DNA from: an archaeon
GTDB lineage: Archaea; Asgardarchaeota; Thorarchaeia; Thorarchaeales; Thorarchaeaceae
Direction of reading: 5' to 3'
Length of the DNA: 32,000 nucleotides
NCBI GenBank assembly: GCA_024275415.1
Contig: JAJRZD010000031.1
Location: forward strand, 11,176 to 43,175
Part shown: one piece after another, positions 8,421-17,288 of the stretch
Layout: each line of letters starts with the position of its first letter
How positions within the stretch are numbered: position 1 is the stretch's first letter
The notes under the pieces: generated by a model
Told to the model about the DNA's origin: nothing
The model's input: the letters and a program-made list of their open reading frames with translations, nothing else
Database searches by the model: none
Made by a program: the position numbers and the translations under genes

Positions 8421-8801
8421 ATGGTTTCGCCAAGGGTCAAGTTCATCGCTATCACTGTGGACGAATTGGTATTAGTGCCACTTGCCATCGTATTTGTCTA
8501 CTATTTTTTGCCAGATTTCTTCCTGGCAAGTATTGTGTTCGGGTTTGTCGGCTCAGTTATCTTTGTGGCAATCAAGTATTATCTTGTCTATCCTCAGCTG
8601 ATAGACTCGTCTTATGCTTATTATGGCCTCAAGGGATTGCTTGGGATTGTGAACGAAACAGTCACAGCTCAGTCTGGGAAGATCAAGGTCGGTCAGGAAA
8701 TCTGGGATGCACGTTGTGATTCTGGTGAGATTGCACCCGGCACAAGGGTCAAGATAGTCGCACGTGAGAGCATGCAGGTCAAGGTCATCCCAGAGGAATG
8801 A
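8421..8801 (+). CDS. NfeD-family membrane protein (short form)
   Basis: Two N-terminal TMs plus an OB-fold-like tail GKIKVGQEIWDARCDSGEIAPGTRVKIV. Confidence 0.8.
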   Translation: MVSPRVKFIAITVDELVLVPLAIVFVYYFLPDFFLASIVFGFVGSVIFVAIKYYLVYPQLIDSSYAYYGLKGLLGIVNETVTAQSGKIKVGQEIWDARCDSGEIAPGTRVKIVARESMQVKVIPEE

Positions 8802-9851
8802 TCATTTCCCCTCAGACATAAGGAACTGAAATACAAGCTCCACTGTTTTTTGCACATCAGACGGATCGATGCACTCGAAACTGCTGTGTGTGTATCTGCA
8901 GGGCACACCGACAGTCGAAACAGGCTGTCCTTGTGAGGCAATTGGAAAACCATCCGTGGCGTAGTTATGATACACTGCGCGCTGGATAGGAATGCCCTTC
9001 TCTTCTGCGACCTTGAATAATTGCTTGTTGATCTTATGCGAGTACACCAGTTGGTTGTCCTTAACAACTATAACAGGCCCCTTGCCTAATCCGACTGAAG
9101 CCTCACCACGAGTCCCAGGATAGTCGTCTGCAAGTCCTACCTCCAGAACAATCACACCATCCACATCGAGGTGTTTGGCAACTGCTGCGACACCTTTTGC
9201 GCCAATCTCCTCCATCACTGTCGAAACAAGTGTCACACTGGGCCTGCGTTCCTTGTCAACCTTTGAGAGCCTTTCAGCAATTACAATCACCATTGCTAGG
9301 CCAACTCTGTCGTCAAATGACTTGCCCATCAGGTAATTGCCTACTCTCTTCACGGAAGTTGCATAGACCACTGGTGTTCCAATGTGAATCCCTGCACTCT
9401 CCACCTCTTCTGACGACCGAAGCCCGACATCTATGAAGACCTCATCCCATCTGGGGATGCTTGCCTTTCTCTTTGTTCCCGCAATATGAGCAGTTTGGAC
9501 GCAGAAGCATCCTGGTAGCATCCCTGACTCGGTCATCAGGAGTATCCGTTGTCCCGGAAGTAGTCTGAGATCTGGCATGTGTCCTTGTGTGCTCCACTTT
9601 GCCTTTAGGAAGCCATTCTCATCGATGTTGCTCACAAAGAAACCGACCTCATCTGCGTGTGCCACTAGCGCATAATGTTTTCCTGTGCCATCGATTGTCG
9701 CAACAAGATTACCTATCTTGTCTGAGGTGACAGCATCACAGGATTTTACAAGGTGATCCCTCACAAATTCTTGGACCAACTCCTCTCTTCCCACAGGCCC
9801 GTGGATACCACTTAGTTCTTCCAGAAGGTCAAACACTTTCTCGGACAACAT
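8802..9851 (-). CDS. M42-family (TET/FrvX-like) aminopeptidase
   Basis: AHADE, KSFDDRVG, VMEEIG, GKGPVI and RYTHS metal-binding motifs. Confidence 0.92.
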   Translation of the reverse strand: MLSEKVFDLLEELSGIHGPVGREELVQEFVRDHLVKSCDAVTSDKIGNLVATIDGTGKHYALVAHADEVGFFVSNIDENGFLKAKWSTQGHMPDLRLLPGQRILLMTESGMLPGCFCVQTAHIAGTKRKASIPRWDEVFIDVGLRSSEEVESAGIHIGTPVVYATSVKRVGNYLMGKSFDDRVGLAMVIVIAERLSKVDKERRPSVTLVSTVMEEIGAKGVAAVAKHLDVDGVIVLEVGLADDYPGTRGEASVGLGKGPVIVVKDNQLVYSHKINKQLFKVAEEKGIPIQRAVYHNYATDGFPIASQGQPVSTVGVPCRYTHSSFECIDPSDVQKTVELVFQFLMSEGK

Positions 9852-9863
9852 CAGACTCTCCCT

Positions 9864-10271
9864 TTACGACTCGACTTGGATGTTAAAAACTTGAGTTTCT
9901 GCATGATTGATTAGGGGAGCGTCATCATAGGCTGTTATGAAGAACTTGACCGCATCCCCTTGTTCCAATGGCCCAAAGTTTGCTATCCAGCGTCCTCCAG
10001 CAGAGCAGAAACATGTGTAGAAGGTCATGTCCTTCACCTGCCACTCTTGACCATTTAGAGAGTAGCTCAGGCTAACGCTTGAGATTCCAGACGGATCCAC
10101 ACAATAGACAGTCACGCTGATTCTATCTCCCACAACAGGTTTTTGCGGTGACACATTGACCTCGTATATTCTTGGCCCTTCTACATCATCAAATAGATCT
10201 ATGACGATTATACCTGAAAGCATCAGGATGACCATCGTTCCAATTCCGATGAGTTTGGTCTGGTTTCTCAA
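9864..10271 (-). CDS. Membrane-anchored protein with an extracellular beta-sandwich (Ig-like) domain, function unknown
   Basis: N-terminal TM (LIGIGTMVILMLSGIIVI), then P..VSP..P.VGD.I.V...YFITAYD pattern. Start moved to TTG10271 because the longer ORF overlaps the opposite gene. Confidence 0.65.
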   Translation of the reverse strand: MRNQTKLIGIGTMVILMLSGIIVIDLFDDVEGPRIYEVNVSPQKPVVGDRISVTVYCVDPSGISSVSLSYSLNGQEWQVKDMTFYTCFCSAGGRWIANFGPLEQGDAVKFFITAYDDAPLINHAETQVFNIQVES

Positions 10272-10424
10272 ATCTCGTCCATCCCATAGATTTTCGGTTG
10301 AAGAACTAATTTCAAGAGGTATGTTATTTAGTCTTTCTCGAAAGTTGGCTGTACCCCAGATGTGTTGTGGAGAGAATACGACACGATTACCTGAGAATAT
10401 ATTGGTGAAAGCCATTGTATTTGT

Positions 10425-10880
10425 ATGGCAATCATGGACACACTCCTTGGACTTGTGATGGGGCTCATCATAGCATTCTTCGTCTATATGGCAATGAAGG
10501 CAAGGCTCCGACATCGAATCGCTCAGGTCCAAGCGGAGTTCGAAAAGACATGGCTTGAGCAGGAATCAAGTATTCGAAAGGATGCTGCAAGCAGAAGCAG
10601 GAGTGTACTGAAGGGCAAGATTGCAGAGCATATGATTCCCATGATACCAGCGGTCTTTCATTATGAACCAGCAGATGCACGGTTCATTGGAGCCCCCATC
10701 GATTACATCATATTTGATGGCTATACTCGGTTGAAGGACGACAAGGTCGATGAACCAATTACGATTGTGCTTGCGGACATAAAGACAGGGAATGCTCGGC
10801 TCAATCGGACTGAAAGAAAGATAAAGGAAGCAGTCGAAGCAGGGCGTGTCAAGTGGGAAACCATTCGAATTGATTTCTAA
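10425..10880 (+). CDS. Holliday-junction-resolvase-like PD-(D/E)xK nuclease (Endonuc_Holl/PF10107-like) with N-terminal TM
   Basis: SRSVLKGKIAEH, ARFIGAPIDYIIFDG and DIKTGNARL motifs. Confidence 0.85.
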   Translation: MAIMDTLLGLVMGLIIAFFVYMAMKARLRHRIAQVQAEFEKTWLEQESSIRKDAASRSRSVLKGKIAEHMIPMIPAVFHYEPADARFIGAPIDYIIFDGYTRLKDDKVDEPITIVLADIKTGNARLNRTERKIKEAVEAGRVKWETIRIDF

Positions 10881-10896
10881 CAGGCAGCTATGATGT

Positions 10897-11352
10897 CTAT
10901 AGCCTCGTGGCAATCATAATGCCGAACTCTCGCGCCTTGTCCTCTTCCCCTTCCGCGAGAGGGCCCTTTCTTCCGTCAACCTTGGCTGAGAAACCAGCAC
11001 CTACGAGGTCTATCCCTTCAAATTTCTCTTTTATTATCTGACCGAGCTTCCCCAGTGCAACTCCCTTGTTGCCTCCGGTATAGGTATCGAACACGCCTCC
11101 TACCTTGCCTTTCACATGGACGATTGCTGCGCGTTCCAAGAACCTGCTCATATTCAGGGCTGGGGCCTGATTATGGTTCGGACATCCGAAAATAATGGCG
11201 TCATAATCACAGATCTCATCGGTGTGGATTTCACCTGTCTTGACGACACGGCATTCAACATCCCCTCTTTGTCGTATTCCTTCTGCAATGGCATCGGCGA
11301 CCTTTTTCGTGTTCCCATACAAACTCTCATAGATGATGATTGCGCTTTTCAT
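10897..11352 (-). CDS. Flavodoxin-like protein
   Basis: IIYESLYGNTKKVADAIAEG FMN loop, IIFGCPNH, GGVFDTY. Confidence 0.9.
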   Translation of the reverse strand: MKSAIIIYESLYGNTKKVADAIAEGIRQRGDVECRVVKTGEIHTDEICDYDAIIFGCPNHNQAPALNMSRFLERAAIVHVKGKVGGVFDTYTGGNKGVALGKLGQIIKEKFEGIDLVGAGFSAKVDGRKGPLAEGEEDKAREFGIMIATRL

Positions 11353-11487
11353 GTTCCTTCACTCAATCCCCATGTGACATGTGCTTTATGTGCATTACGA
11401 CATCTCGCTACTTGATTTGTCTTACTAAACTACAAAAGATGATTTCATCATGTTTGCACTTGGCTGAAAGTCCGTCAAGGTGAGCCT

Positions 11488-12381
11488 ATGAACGAGAGCT
11501 CTGAACAGAACTGCGAACAATTGCTGCGGCGCGGAGAACGGTTTTTGGCCTTCGGAGAAACCGATGCTGCCAAGGATGAATTCACAAAGGCATTGAATCT
11601 GAACGAAGACAATGCGAAGGCATGGTATCTCTTAGGGTTGGCACATCGGGACAGCAAGAACCCAGAACAAGCCAGAAAATGTCTGAAGGAAGCGATAGCT
11701 TCTGATCCTGAATGGCTAGAACCTCTTGCTGTCCTTGGAACCCTTGAGTTCTCTCTGGGCAATGATCGCCAGGCAGTGAAGACCCTCAAGCAGTACTTGG
11801 CTCTTGGTGGTTCAGATATTGACACATTGATGACCTTAGCACGCGCCGCATTCGAGGTCGATGATTGCAGGATCGTGCTCAAGGCTACTTCGAAGATCAT
11901 AGAACAACAAGATGAATTGTCGCAGGTCTGGGTCATGCGTGGGCTGTGTCAAGCAAAGCTTAAGCGGTTCAATGCCGCTTGCACAAGTTTGAATGTCGCA
12001 GTTGAGTTGCATCCTGGCTTTGTGAGTGCCCTCAACACTGTGGGCGACCTGTCTTTCAAGGCAGGGAACTATCCCGTCGCCATAGAACTGTACACTTCGA
12101 GCCTGCAACAGGGTGCAGACCAACCTGATGTATTGTTCCGGTTGGGCGCTTCTTACTGGTTTGTTGGTGACTGGGCAGAGGCCATTCATCCCTTCGAAAA
12201 GTATGTGAAGCTGGTTCCTGATGATCCTAAAGGATGGAACAATCTAGGGGTTGTGCTCAGAGAAAAGGGCGAAGTGAAGAGGGCAATGGAGTGCTACACG
12301 AAGGCCCTCGCATTGGATGAGTCCCTCGAAGTGGTTCGAAAGAACATGGACACTGCGAAAGACATGGAATTACTGATATAG
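11488..12381 (+). CDS. Tetratricopeptide-repeat protein
   Basis: Repeated 34-aa TPR patterns (AWYLLGLAH, GWNNLGVVLREKG...AMECYTKAL). Confidence 0.9.
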   Translation: MNESSEQNCEQLLRRGERFLAFGETDAAKDEFTKALNLNEDNAKAWYLLGLAHRDSKNPEQARKCLKEAIASDPEWLEPLAVLGTLEFSLGNDRQAVKTLKQYLALGGSDIDTLMTLARAAFEVDDCRIVLKATSKIIEQQDELSQVWVMRGLCQAKLKRFNAACTSLNVAVELHPGFVSALNTVGDLSFKAGNYPVAIELYTSSLQQGADQPDVLFRLGASYWFVGDWAEAIHPFEKYVKLVPDDPKGWNNLGVVLREKGEVKRAMECYTKALALDESLEVVRKNMDTAKDMELLI

Positions 12382-12474
12382 GCACAGCTGTCAACCTTCT
12401 CATGCACACAACACTTCAATGACACGATTGTTATATAGCGGTCTTCTGGCTGTACTATACTAAGGTGCGATTAA

Positions 12475-12864
12475 ATGAATAGAGAAACATACCATAAACA
12501 GATGTTCATGGTTGCTGCATTATGGAACTGGGCCCTTGCAGTGACATTCCTCGTCTTACCACGAATTGACATCGCCTATTTCAGCCTTGCCGGAGATACG
12601 ATTCCTCCAACTCTCCTGTGGTTTGATAGCTTCATGGGGCTCGTCTTTGCCTTTGGCATAGGATTTTATCTTGTCAGCCTTGACATGAAAACCAATCATG
12701 GGCTAATCATGATAGCATCTTTTGAGAAGGTCTGGGTGTTTATCGTAGGATTCTCGTACTTCTTGCTTGCTGAAGCGTCAATCTTGGTGGCACTGATCGT
12801 GTTTGGTGACCTTATCTTCGGCTTGCTCTTCATGGAGGATCTTCGGGCAATCCGAAAGGCATGA
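12475..12864 (+). CDS. Small 4-TM membrane protein, unknown function
   Basis: Four hydrophobic segments, AGGTG SD upstream. Confidence 0.75.
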   Translation: MNRETYHKQMFMVAALWNWALAVTFLVLPRIDIAYFSLAGDTIPPTLLWFDSFMGLVFAFGIGFYLVSLDMKTNHGLIMIASFEKVWVFIVGFSYFLLAEASILVALIVFGDLIFGLLFMEDLRAIRKA

Positions 12865-12869
12865 TCCAA

Positions 12870-13973
12870 TCAATTCCCGTACCTCTCGACGAGCTCCTCA
12901 AACCTATCAAAAGGGATAGCCCATTTTCCGAGTTCACTATCAAACAGATTGAACACTTCTCGATACTTTGACTCCACTCTGTCAGGAAGATGGAATTGGA
13001 AAAAGTACGATTCCATCTGCGGTCGAATTGCATTGAAACCTTCCATAAACTGTTTCAAGTCCGAGGTGGTGAAACCCATCCGCAGACAGAAGCTTTGGGG
13101 GTCTTCTGCCAATATAATGCCCGGGAATGGAAGATTCTGGAATCTTTGAAGGATGCCTCCAATCTTTGATCTCATCCTCATGAAGATAGAGACCCAAACG
13201 AGGTCTCCCGAGAATCCGTATGCCCTGGTGTATCCCCTGATCACGCCTCTTGTTCTCAGCCGTTGTATCCGGTCTCTGACCGTTGCCAGAGGAAGTTTTG
13301 TGATGCCTGCAAGGCTTGTCATTGAAGCATCTGGACTGTCCTTCAGGATCCTCAGGATAAGGATGTCTTTCGAGTCGTACTCTATGACTTCCTTCATACT
13401 ACTAATCTCAAAAGGTAGCTTTTGGTCTTTTTCGCTCAGTGACATCAATTCCTCTTTCCAGACATCCCAGTTACATGACCATCCCTTTGTAGGATTGTAC
13501 AGGTTGAAGTCAATTCTTTTTGAATGATGGCTTGCAATATCAAAGAAGAAGTATTGATTGATCAGTCCATGTTTCTGCATCTTCTTTGCCAGCATCTCTA
13601 TCCTGTCAGGCATGACAATATCATATGCAGTGTGAACCAGATAACCATCATATCTGCCATGTGTCGGCACATACCAGTGGAAAATTGGGATTTCTCGAAT
13701 GACACTCTCAAGAGTTCGAGTCCTCTCTGGTATCTCTTGGAACAAGAGGATTCCCTCACCTAGCCCCACCTTTCGTTCATCTGTTTCAAGGAACGACGGG
13801 AGCAGAATTCCCCTTTCCATCAAGGTTGAAAGGCGGTATCTTATCGTTCTTGCAGGAATGCGTTTTTCCTTCATCGTGTTTGCGATATAGTCGCTCAGTT
13901 CTTGAGCTGAAGCATTCCCTCCAAGCCTTTCAAGTGCAGTCAGTATCTTCTGGTCATCAGACCATCTCTTCAT
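12870..13973 (-). CDS. Lrp/AsnC-like regulator with two wHTH modules
   Basis: N-terminal HTH (IPARTIRYRLSTL) and a second Lrp-type HTH (DILILRILKDSPDASMTSLAGITKLPLATVRDRIQRLRTRGVIRGY). Confidence 0.8.
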   Translation of the reverse strand: MKRWSDDQKILTALERLGGNASAQELSDYIANTMKEKRIPARTIRYRLSTLMERGILLPSFLETDERKVGLGEGILLFQEIPERTRTLESVIREIPIFHWYVPTHGRYDGYLVHTAYDIVMPDRIEMLAKKMQKHGLINQYFFFDIASHHSKRIDFNLYNPTKGWSCNWDVWKEELMSLSEKDQKLPFEISSMKEVIEYDSKDILILRILKDSPDASMTSLAGITKLPLATVRDRIQRLRTRGVIRGYTRAYGFSGDLVWVSIFMRMRSKIGGILQRFQNLPFPGIILAEDPQSFCLRMGFTTSDLKQFMEGFNAIRPQMESYFFQFHLPDRVESKYREVFNLFDSELGKWAIPFDRFEELVERYGN

Positions 13974-14047
13974 TCGCGAGAACACATCCCATGCTTGCGG
14001 TCGTCAGATATTTTATAAGAAACTTCCCACCTAGAAGACACAACGAA

Positions 14048-14075
14048 CGGCAAATTTTAAACAGTAAAATTGCCG
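14048..14075. promoter_or_regulatory. Inverted repeat overlapping the TTTTAAA TATA of the wHTH gene
   Basis: CGGCAA(A)TTTTA-aacag-TAAAATTGCCG: 11 bp with one bulge. Confidence 0.5.
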
Positions 14076-14095
14076 ATTATTAATGAGGTATTTGA

Positions 14096-14380
14096 ATGAG
14101 TCTATCAGGATTGCCAATGAGTGCCTTGATAGTTCTGAATGAACTTGCTACAAAGGGCCCCATGACCCCCAAGCAGCTCAGGAACGAAGTCACCTTGTCC
14201 CCTCGATCCGTTTCTGATGCACTCAGACGGTTGACTGATAAGTCGCTGTGCAAAAGAATCCCAAACTTGCAAGATATGCGTCAGCCCATCTATAGCGTGA
14301 ACATGCATGTTATCCGGGAACTCAATGTGAGCTTCGAGCAGATACGCACCCTTGCTCAAATCTACATGAAAGTCGCATAG
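14096..14380 (+). CDS. Small winged-HTH (MarR/TrmB-like) regulator
   Basis: LPMSALIVLNEL...GPMTPKQL...LSPRSVSDALRRL...PNLQDMRQPIY. GAGGT SD. Confidence 0.8.
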   Translation: MSLSGLPMSALIVLNELATKGPMTPKQLRNEVTLSPRSVSDALRRLTDKSLCKRIPNLQDMRQPIYSVNMHVIRELNVSFEQIRTLAQIYMKVA

Positions 14381-14491
14381 GTCGGTCACACGAATCACCA
14401 ACTGCATCTCTGCCAACCATAATGGCTGACGCGATGACGACCTCTTATCCCAAACAGAAGGGCGTCGCTTTATTCGTGATGTCCCAGATAA

Positions 14492-15322
14492 TTAGAATGG
14501 GGCATCAAACTCAACTTGGACTGCCTCAATTCTTTCTCCAGACACCCTCGGAGATAGGCTCCCCATGTTATTCTCGTTGGCAAGCATCAGATGTCGGACT
14601 CTTGTGACATCGAGCCCCATTACTTTTGTGACTATCGTATCGACAGAAACAGGATTCTTTCCGACAATGAATGCCCCGATGGGCCTGGTTTTTGGGCCAT
14701 TCCATCCTTCAACACCAACTCTCGCATCGACGATACAGAGGTCTGAAGGGACAATCCGATTCAGGTCTACCAGAATCTCGTCTATCTTGGCGTGGTAAGA
14801 CGCTTTTCCCTTATTCGGGAGCAGACCAAATTGATTCTTGAAGGACGCAGTAAGGAATGCGGTTTCGTGAGTCTTGGCGATTGCTAGCGAGATGTAATAA
14901 TGTGGCTCGGTCAGGATCTCATGGAGTTTGATGGTGTCAAAGTACATACCATTGACTGCCACAGGCACCAGAGGCTCGTTGCTCAGGTCGACTATATCTA
15001 CATCGAAACCTTGTTTCCGTTTTTCATCTTTTAGACTAGTGTAGCCAAACTTCTCGAACGATTCCATCGCGTTCTTGCTTTGGCTATCGGATTCGATGAT
15101 CCGTATTGAGGCATCAGGGAAGGTTTCGAAGAACAGATCTACTACAGCTTCGACCAGTCTGATATCGGTCACTGAGTGCCCTGTTCCATCTGAGATGGTA
15201 CAAATGTTCGGTTTGATAAGGATGGGAGCATCAGTTTTCTCAAGACCTCCAATGTGCTCCAGTCCCATTCGGACAGATTCCCTTATCGAGTCTTGGAACC
15301 TGACGAGTGCTACCTTTTCCAC
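14492..15322 (-). CDS. DUF362-domain protein (probable Fe-S protein)
   Basis: ILIKPN, AKTHETAFLTASFKNQFG, IVDARVG.EG.GP and NPVSVD motifs. Confidence 0.85.
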   Translation of the reverse strand: MEKVALVRFQDSIRESVRMGLEHIGGLEKTDAPILIKPNICTISDGTGHSVTDIRLVEAVVDLFFETFPDASIRIIESDSQSKNAMESFEKFGYTSLKDEKRKQGFDVDIVDLSNEPLVPVAVNGMYFDTIKLHEILTEPHYYISLAIAKTHETAFLTASFKNQFGLLPNKGKASYHAKIDEILVDLNRIVPSDLCIVDARVGVEGWNGPKTRPIGAFIVGKNPVSVDTIVTKVMGLDVTRVRHLMLANENNMGSLSPRVSGERIEAVQVEFDAPF

Positions 15323-15422
15323 TAAGTGAACCTCTCCCCCTATGAATTATGAATGTCCTTAAAAATTCCCTTCATAATGTTTTATTAGTGTTCCCTCATT
15401 TGGTTTTCCCGGATTTGCTAGC

Positions 15423-16040
15423 ATGACCGATATCACATTATGGAGCGAAACGAAAAAGGGTGGGAAAGTAGTTGAGCGTGTTGTGCCTGGGACCAGCACC
15501 ATCAATCTTAGCGATAGACGCATCGCGACCACTGACCTTTCGCCACTAAAGGACTGTCCCAATCTGGAGGTACTGATTCTTTCAGGAAACGAGTTGCAGA
15601 GTATTGACCTCTCGCCCCTGTCCCACTGTTCGAACTTGCTCGAACTATCACTTGGTAGCAACGAGATGGGATCCATAGACCTGACACCACTGGAGAACTG
15701 CAAGAACCTCATGCATCTTGACATCTCTTTCAACCGGTTAACGGAACTAGACCTCACGCCTCTTGCCTCATGCCCCGAGCTGAAAGCGCTTCATCTCTAT
15801 CAGAACAAGCTCGGATCCATAGACCTCACGCCTCTCAAGAAGTGCAAGAAGCTTCGTAATATCACTCTAGAGAAGAACGAGTTCAAGAGTATCGACATCT
15901 CTGCTCTTTTCTCATGCCCCCGTCTTGTCAAGATTGGCTTCGATTCTGACACAATACTGACTGCAGCAGCGAAGAACAAAGAAAAGACAAAGCTGCCGAT
16001 TGGTTTCAAACCTATCCGTTCTAGGATAAAATGGACCTGA
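15423..16040 (+). CDS. Leucine-rich-repeat protein (24-aa units)
   Basis: Five full repeats CxxLxxLxLxxNxLxxIDLxPLxx plus partial flanking units. DNA repeat ATCCATAGACCT at 15671 and 15815 (144 nt apart). Confidence 0.92.
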   Translation: MTDITLWSETKKGGKVVERVVPGTSTINLSDRRIATTDLSPLKDCPNLEVLILSGNELQSIDLSPLSHCSNLLELSLGSNEMGSIDLTPLENCKNLMHLDISFNRLTELDLTPLASCPELKALHLYQNKLGSIDLTPLKKCKKLRNITLEKNEFKSIDISALFSCPRLVKIGFDSDTILTAAAKNKEKTKLPIGFKPIRSRIKWT

Positions 16041-16062
16041 AATTCATGGATATAGAATCAAT

Positions 16063-16085
16063 GAAAGGGGAACATCTCCCCTTTC
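16063..16085. terminator. Perfect 9-bp hairpin between the convergent LRR and rps19 genes
   Basis: GAAAGGGGA-acatc-TCCCCTTTC. Confidence 0.7.
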
Positions 16086-16095
16086 TTGAATGATG

Positions 16096-16506
16096 TTATT
16101 TCAGTGGGACGTATGCAGAACTCTTTGTTGCGCCAATCCCCGGGTTGCCATGACTGACACGCCTAGTAGTTATTGAGAACTCGCCTAAGACATGACCGAT
16201 CATCTGGGGAAGTATTTTGACCCGTTGAAAGTCTTTGCCATTATGGACTGCGATGGTAAGATCGACCATCTCAGGAAGAATGACCATATCACGACAATGA
16301 GTCCTGACCACAACATCCTTGCCTTTTCTCTGGGCTTTGCGGGCATTTCGCAACTTGACGAGGAGTTTCTTTTGTCTAGAAGGTAATCCTCTCTTGAGCG
16401 TTCTTCTTCTGCGTGTAGGTAGAAGTTCGATGAGCGAGTCCATATTCATCCTGACAAGCTCTGAGAGTGGAACTCCTCTGTACATTGGTTCGCCTTTCCG
16501 TGACAT
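16096..16506 (-). CDS. rps19: 30S ribosomal protein uS19 (archaeal S19P)
   Basis: YRGVPLSEL, RTLKRGL, VRTHCRDMVILPEMV, HNGK, MIGHVLGEFSIT, HGNPGIGAT.SS.YVPLK. AGGTGA SD. Confidence 0.97.
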   Translation of the reverse strand: MSRKGEPMYRGVPLSELVRMNMDSLIELLPTRRRRTLKRGLPSRQKKLLVKLRNARKAQRKGKDVVVRTHCRDMVILPEMVDLTIAVHNGKDFQRVKILPQMIGHVLGEFSITTRRVSHGNPGIGATKSSAYVPLK

Positions 16507-16650
16507 GTTGTAATCACCTGATATGGTCAGACGGGGTCATAGCGCCGTCAAAAACTGCGATGAGTCAAGAGAATGTTGTTTTAAAGCTTATCATCTGGCT
16601 GACCCTTCCGCCAACTCCTGTTATGTCCCTGAAGCACCTTATAGCGCTTT

Positions 16651-17208
16651 TCAGAACATCCTAGGTTGTTTTTGGGGTCTGTCAATGGGATTACCTTTCT
16701 CGTCGAGCAATCCTGCCTTCTCCATAGCATCCTTCACCCATGTCAGCGTACTCGCCACGGTAGGGTCACGGATTATTGCAAGTCTTGCAAGTTCGATAGA
16801 CTCCTCATAGTTCTCCAGCTCGTAGTTTATCTCAGCTTTGTGAAGGATGGCAAGTGTGAAACGCTTCTCGATGGCAAGCACTCGGTCAAACAGCTCCAGT
16901 GCCTCTTCCGCTCTTCCGAGGTCTCGTAAGCAGACTGCCTTGTTGAACAGGGGGACGGGGTCTTTCGGATTCACTTCCGCAGCTCTATCCAGATACGAGA
17001 TGGCCTTCTCGACTACCACAGGATTTTTCTCGCCATTGCCAAGTGATTGGATAATCGCTACACCCAATGTGGTAAGTGCATTTGTATGGTCTGGATGATT
17101 CTCGATTATCTCCTGAAGTTTCATCATAGCCAAGTCTATGTCTCCATCTGCCAGTAATCGGGCAGCCTCATTGTATTCCTTGTTTTTTGAACGACCAAAC
17201 AGTGGCAT
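16651..17208 (-). CDS. TPR-repeat protein
   Basis: PVPLFNKAVCLRDLGRAEEALELFDRVL-type TPR motifs. Confidence 0.85.
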   Translation of the reverse strand: MPLFGRSKNKEYNEAARLLADGDIDLAMMKLQEIIENHPDHTNALTTLGVAIIQSLGNGEKNPVVVEKAISYLDRAAEVNPKDPVPLFNKAVCLRDLGRAEEALELFDRVLAIEKRFTLAILHKAEINYELENYEESIELARLAIIRDPTVASTLTWVKDAMEKAGLLDEKGNPIDRPQKQPRMF

Positions 17209-17288
17209 TGCAGTTCAGGTTCCCACGATGGCAGGACAACTCTTAAGTCCTGACCTAGCGCAGACTTTGTACTATCGGATGTGATGAC

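Noticed and set aside
8204-8719. 171-aa plus-strand ORF
   Set aside because: Overlaps both the MFS gene (antisense) and NfeD (other frame) and has no protein-like motifs; shadow ORF.
10272-10532. N-terminal extension of the 222-aa minus-strand ORF (Cys/His-rich)
   Set aside because: It is largely the antisense of the nuclease gene's 5' end plus intergenic DNA; the real start is likely TTG10271.
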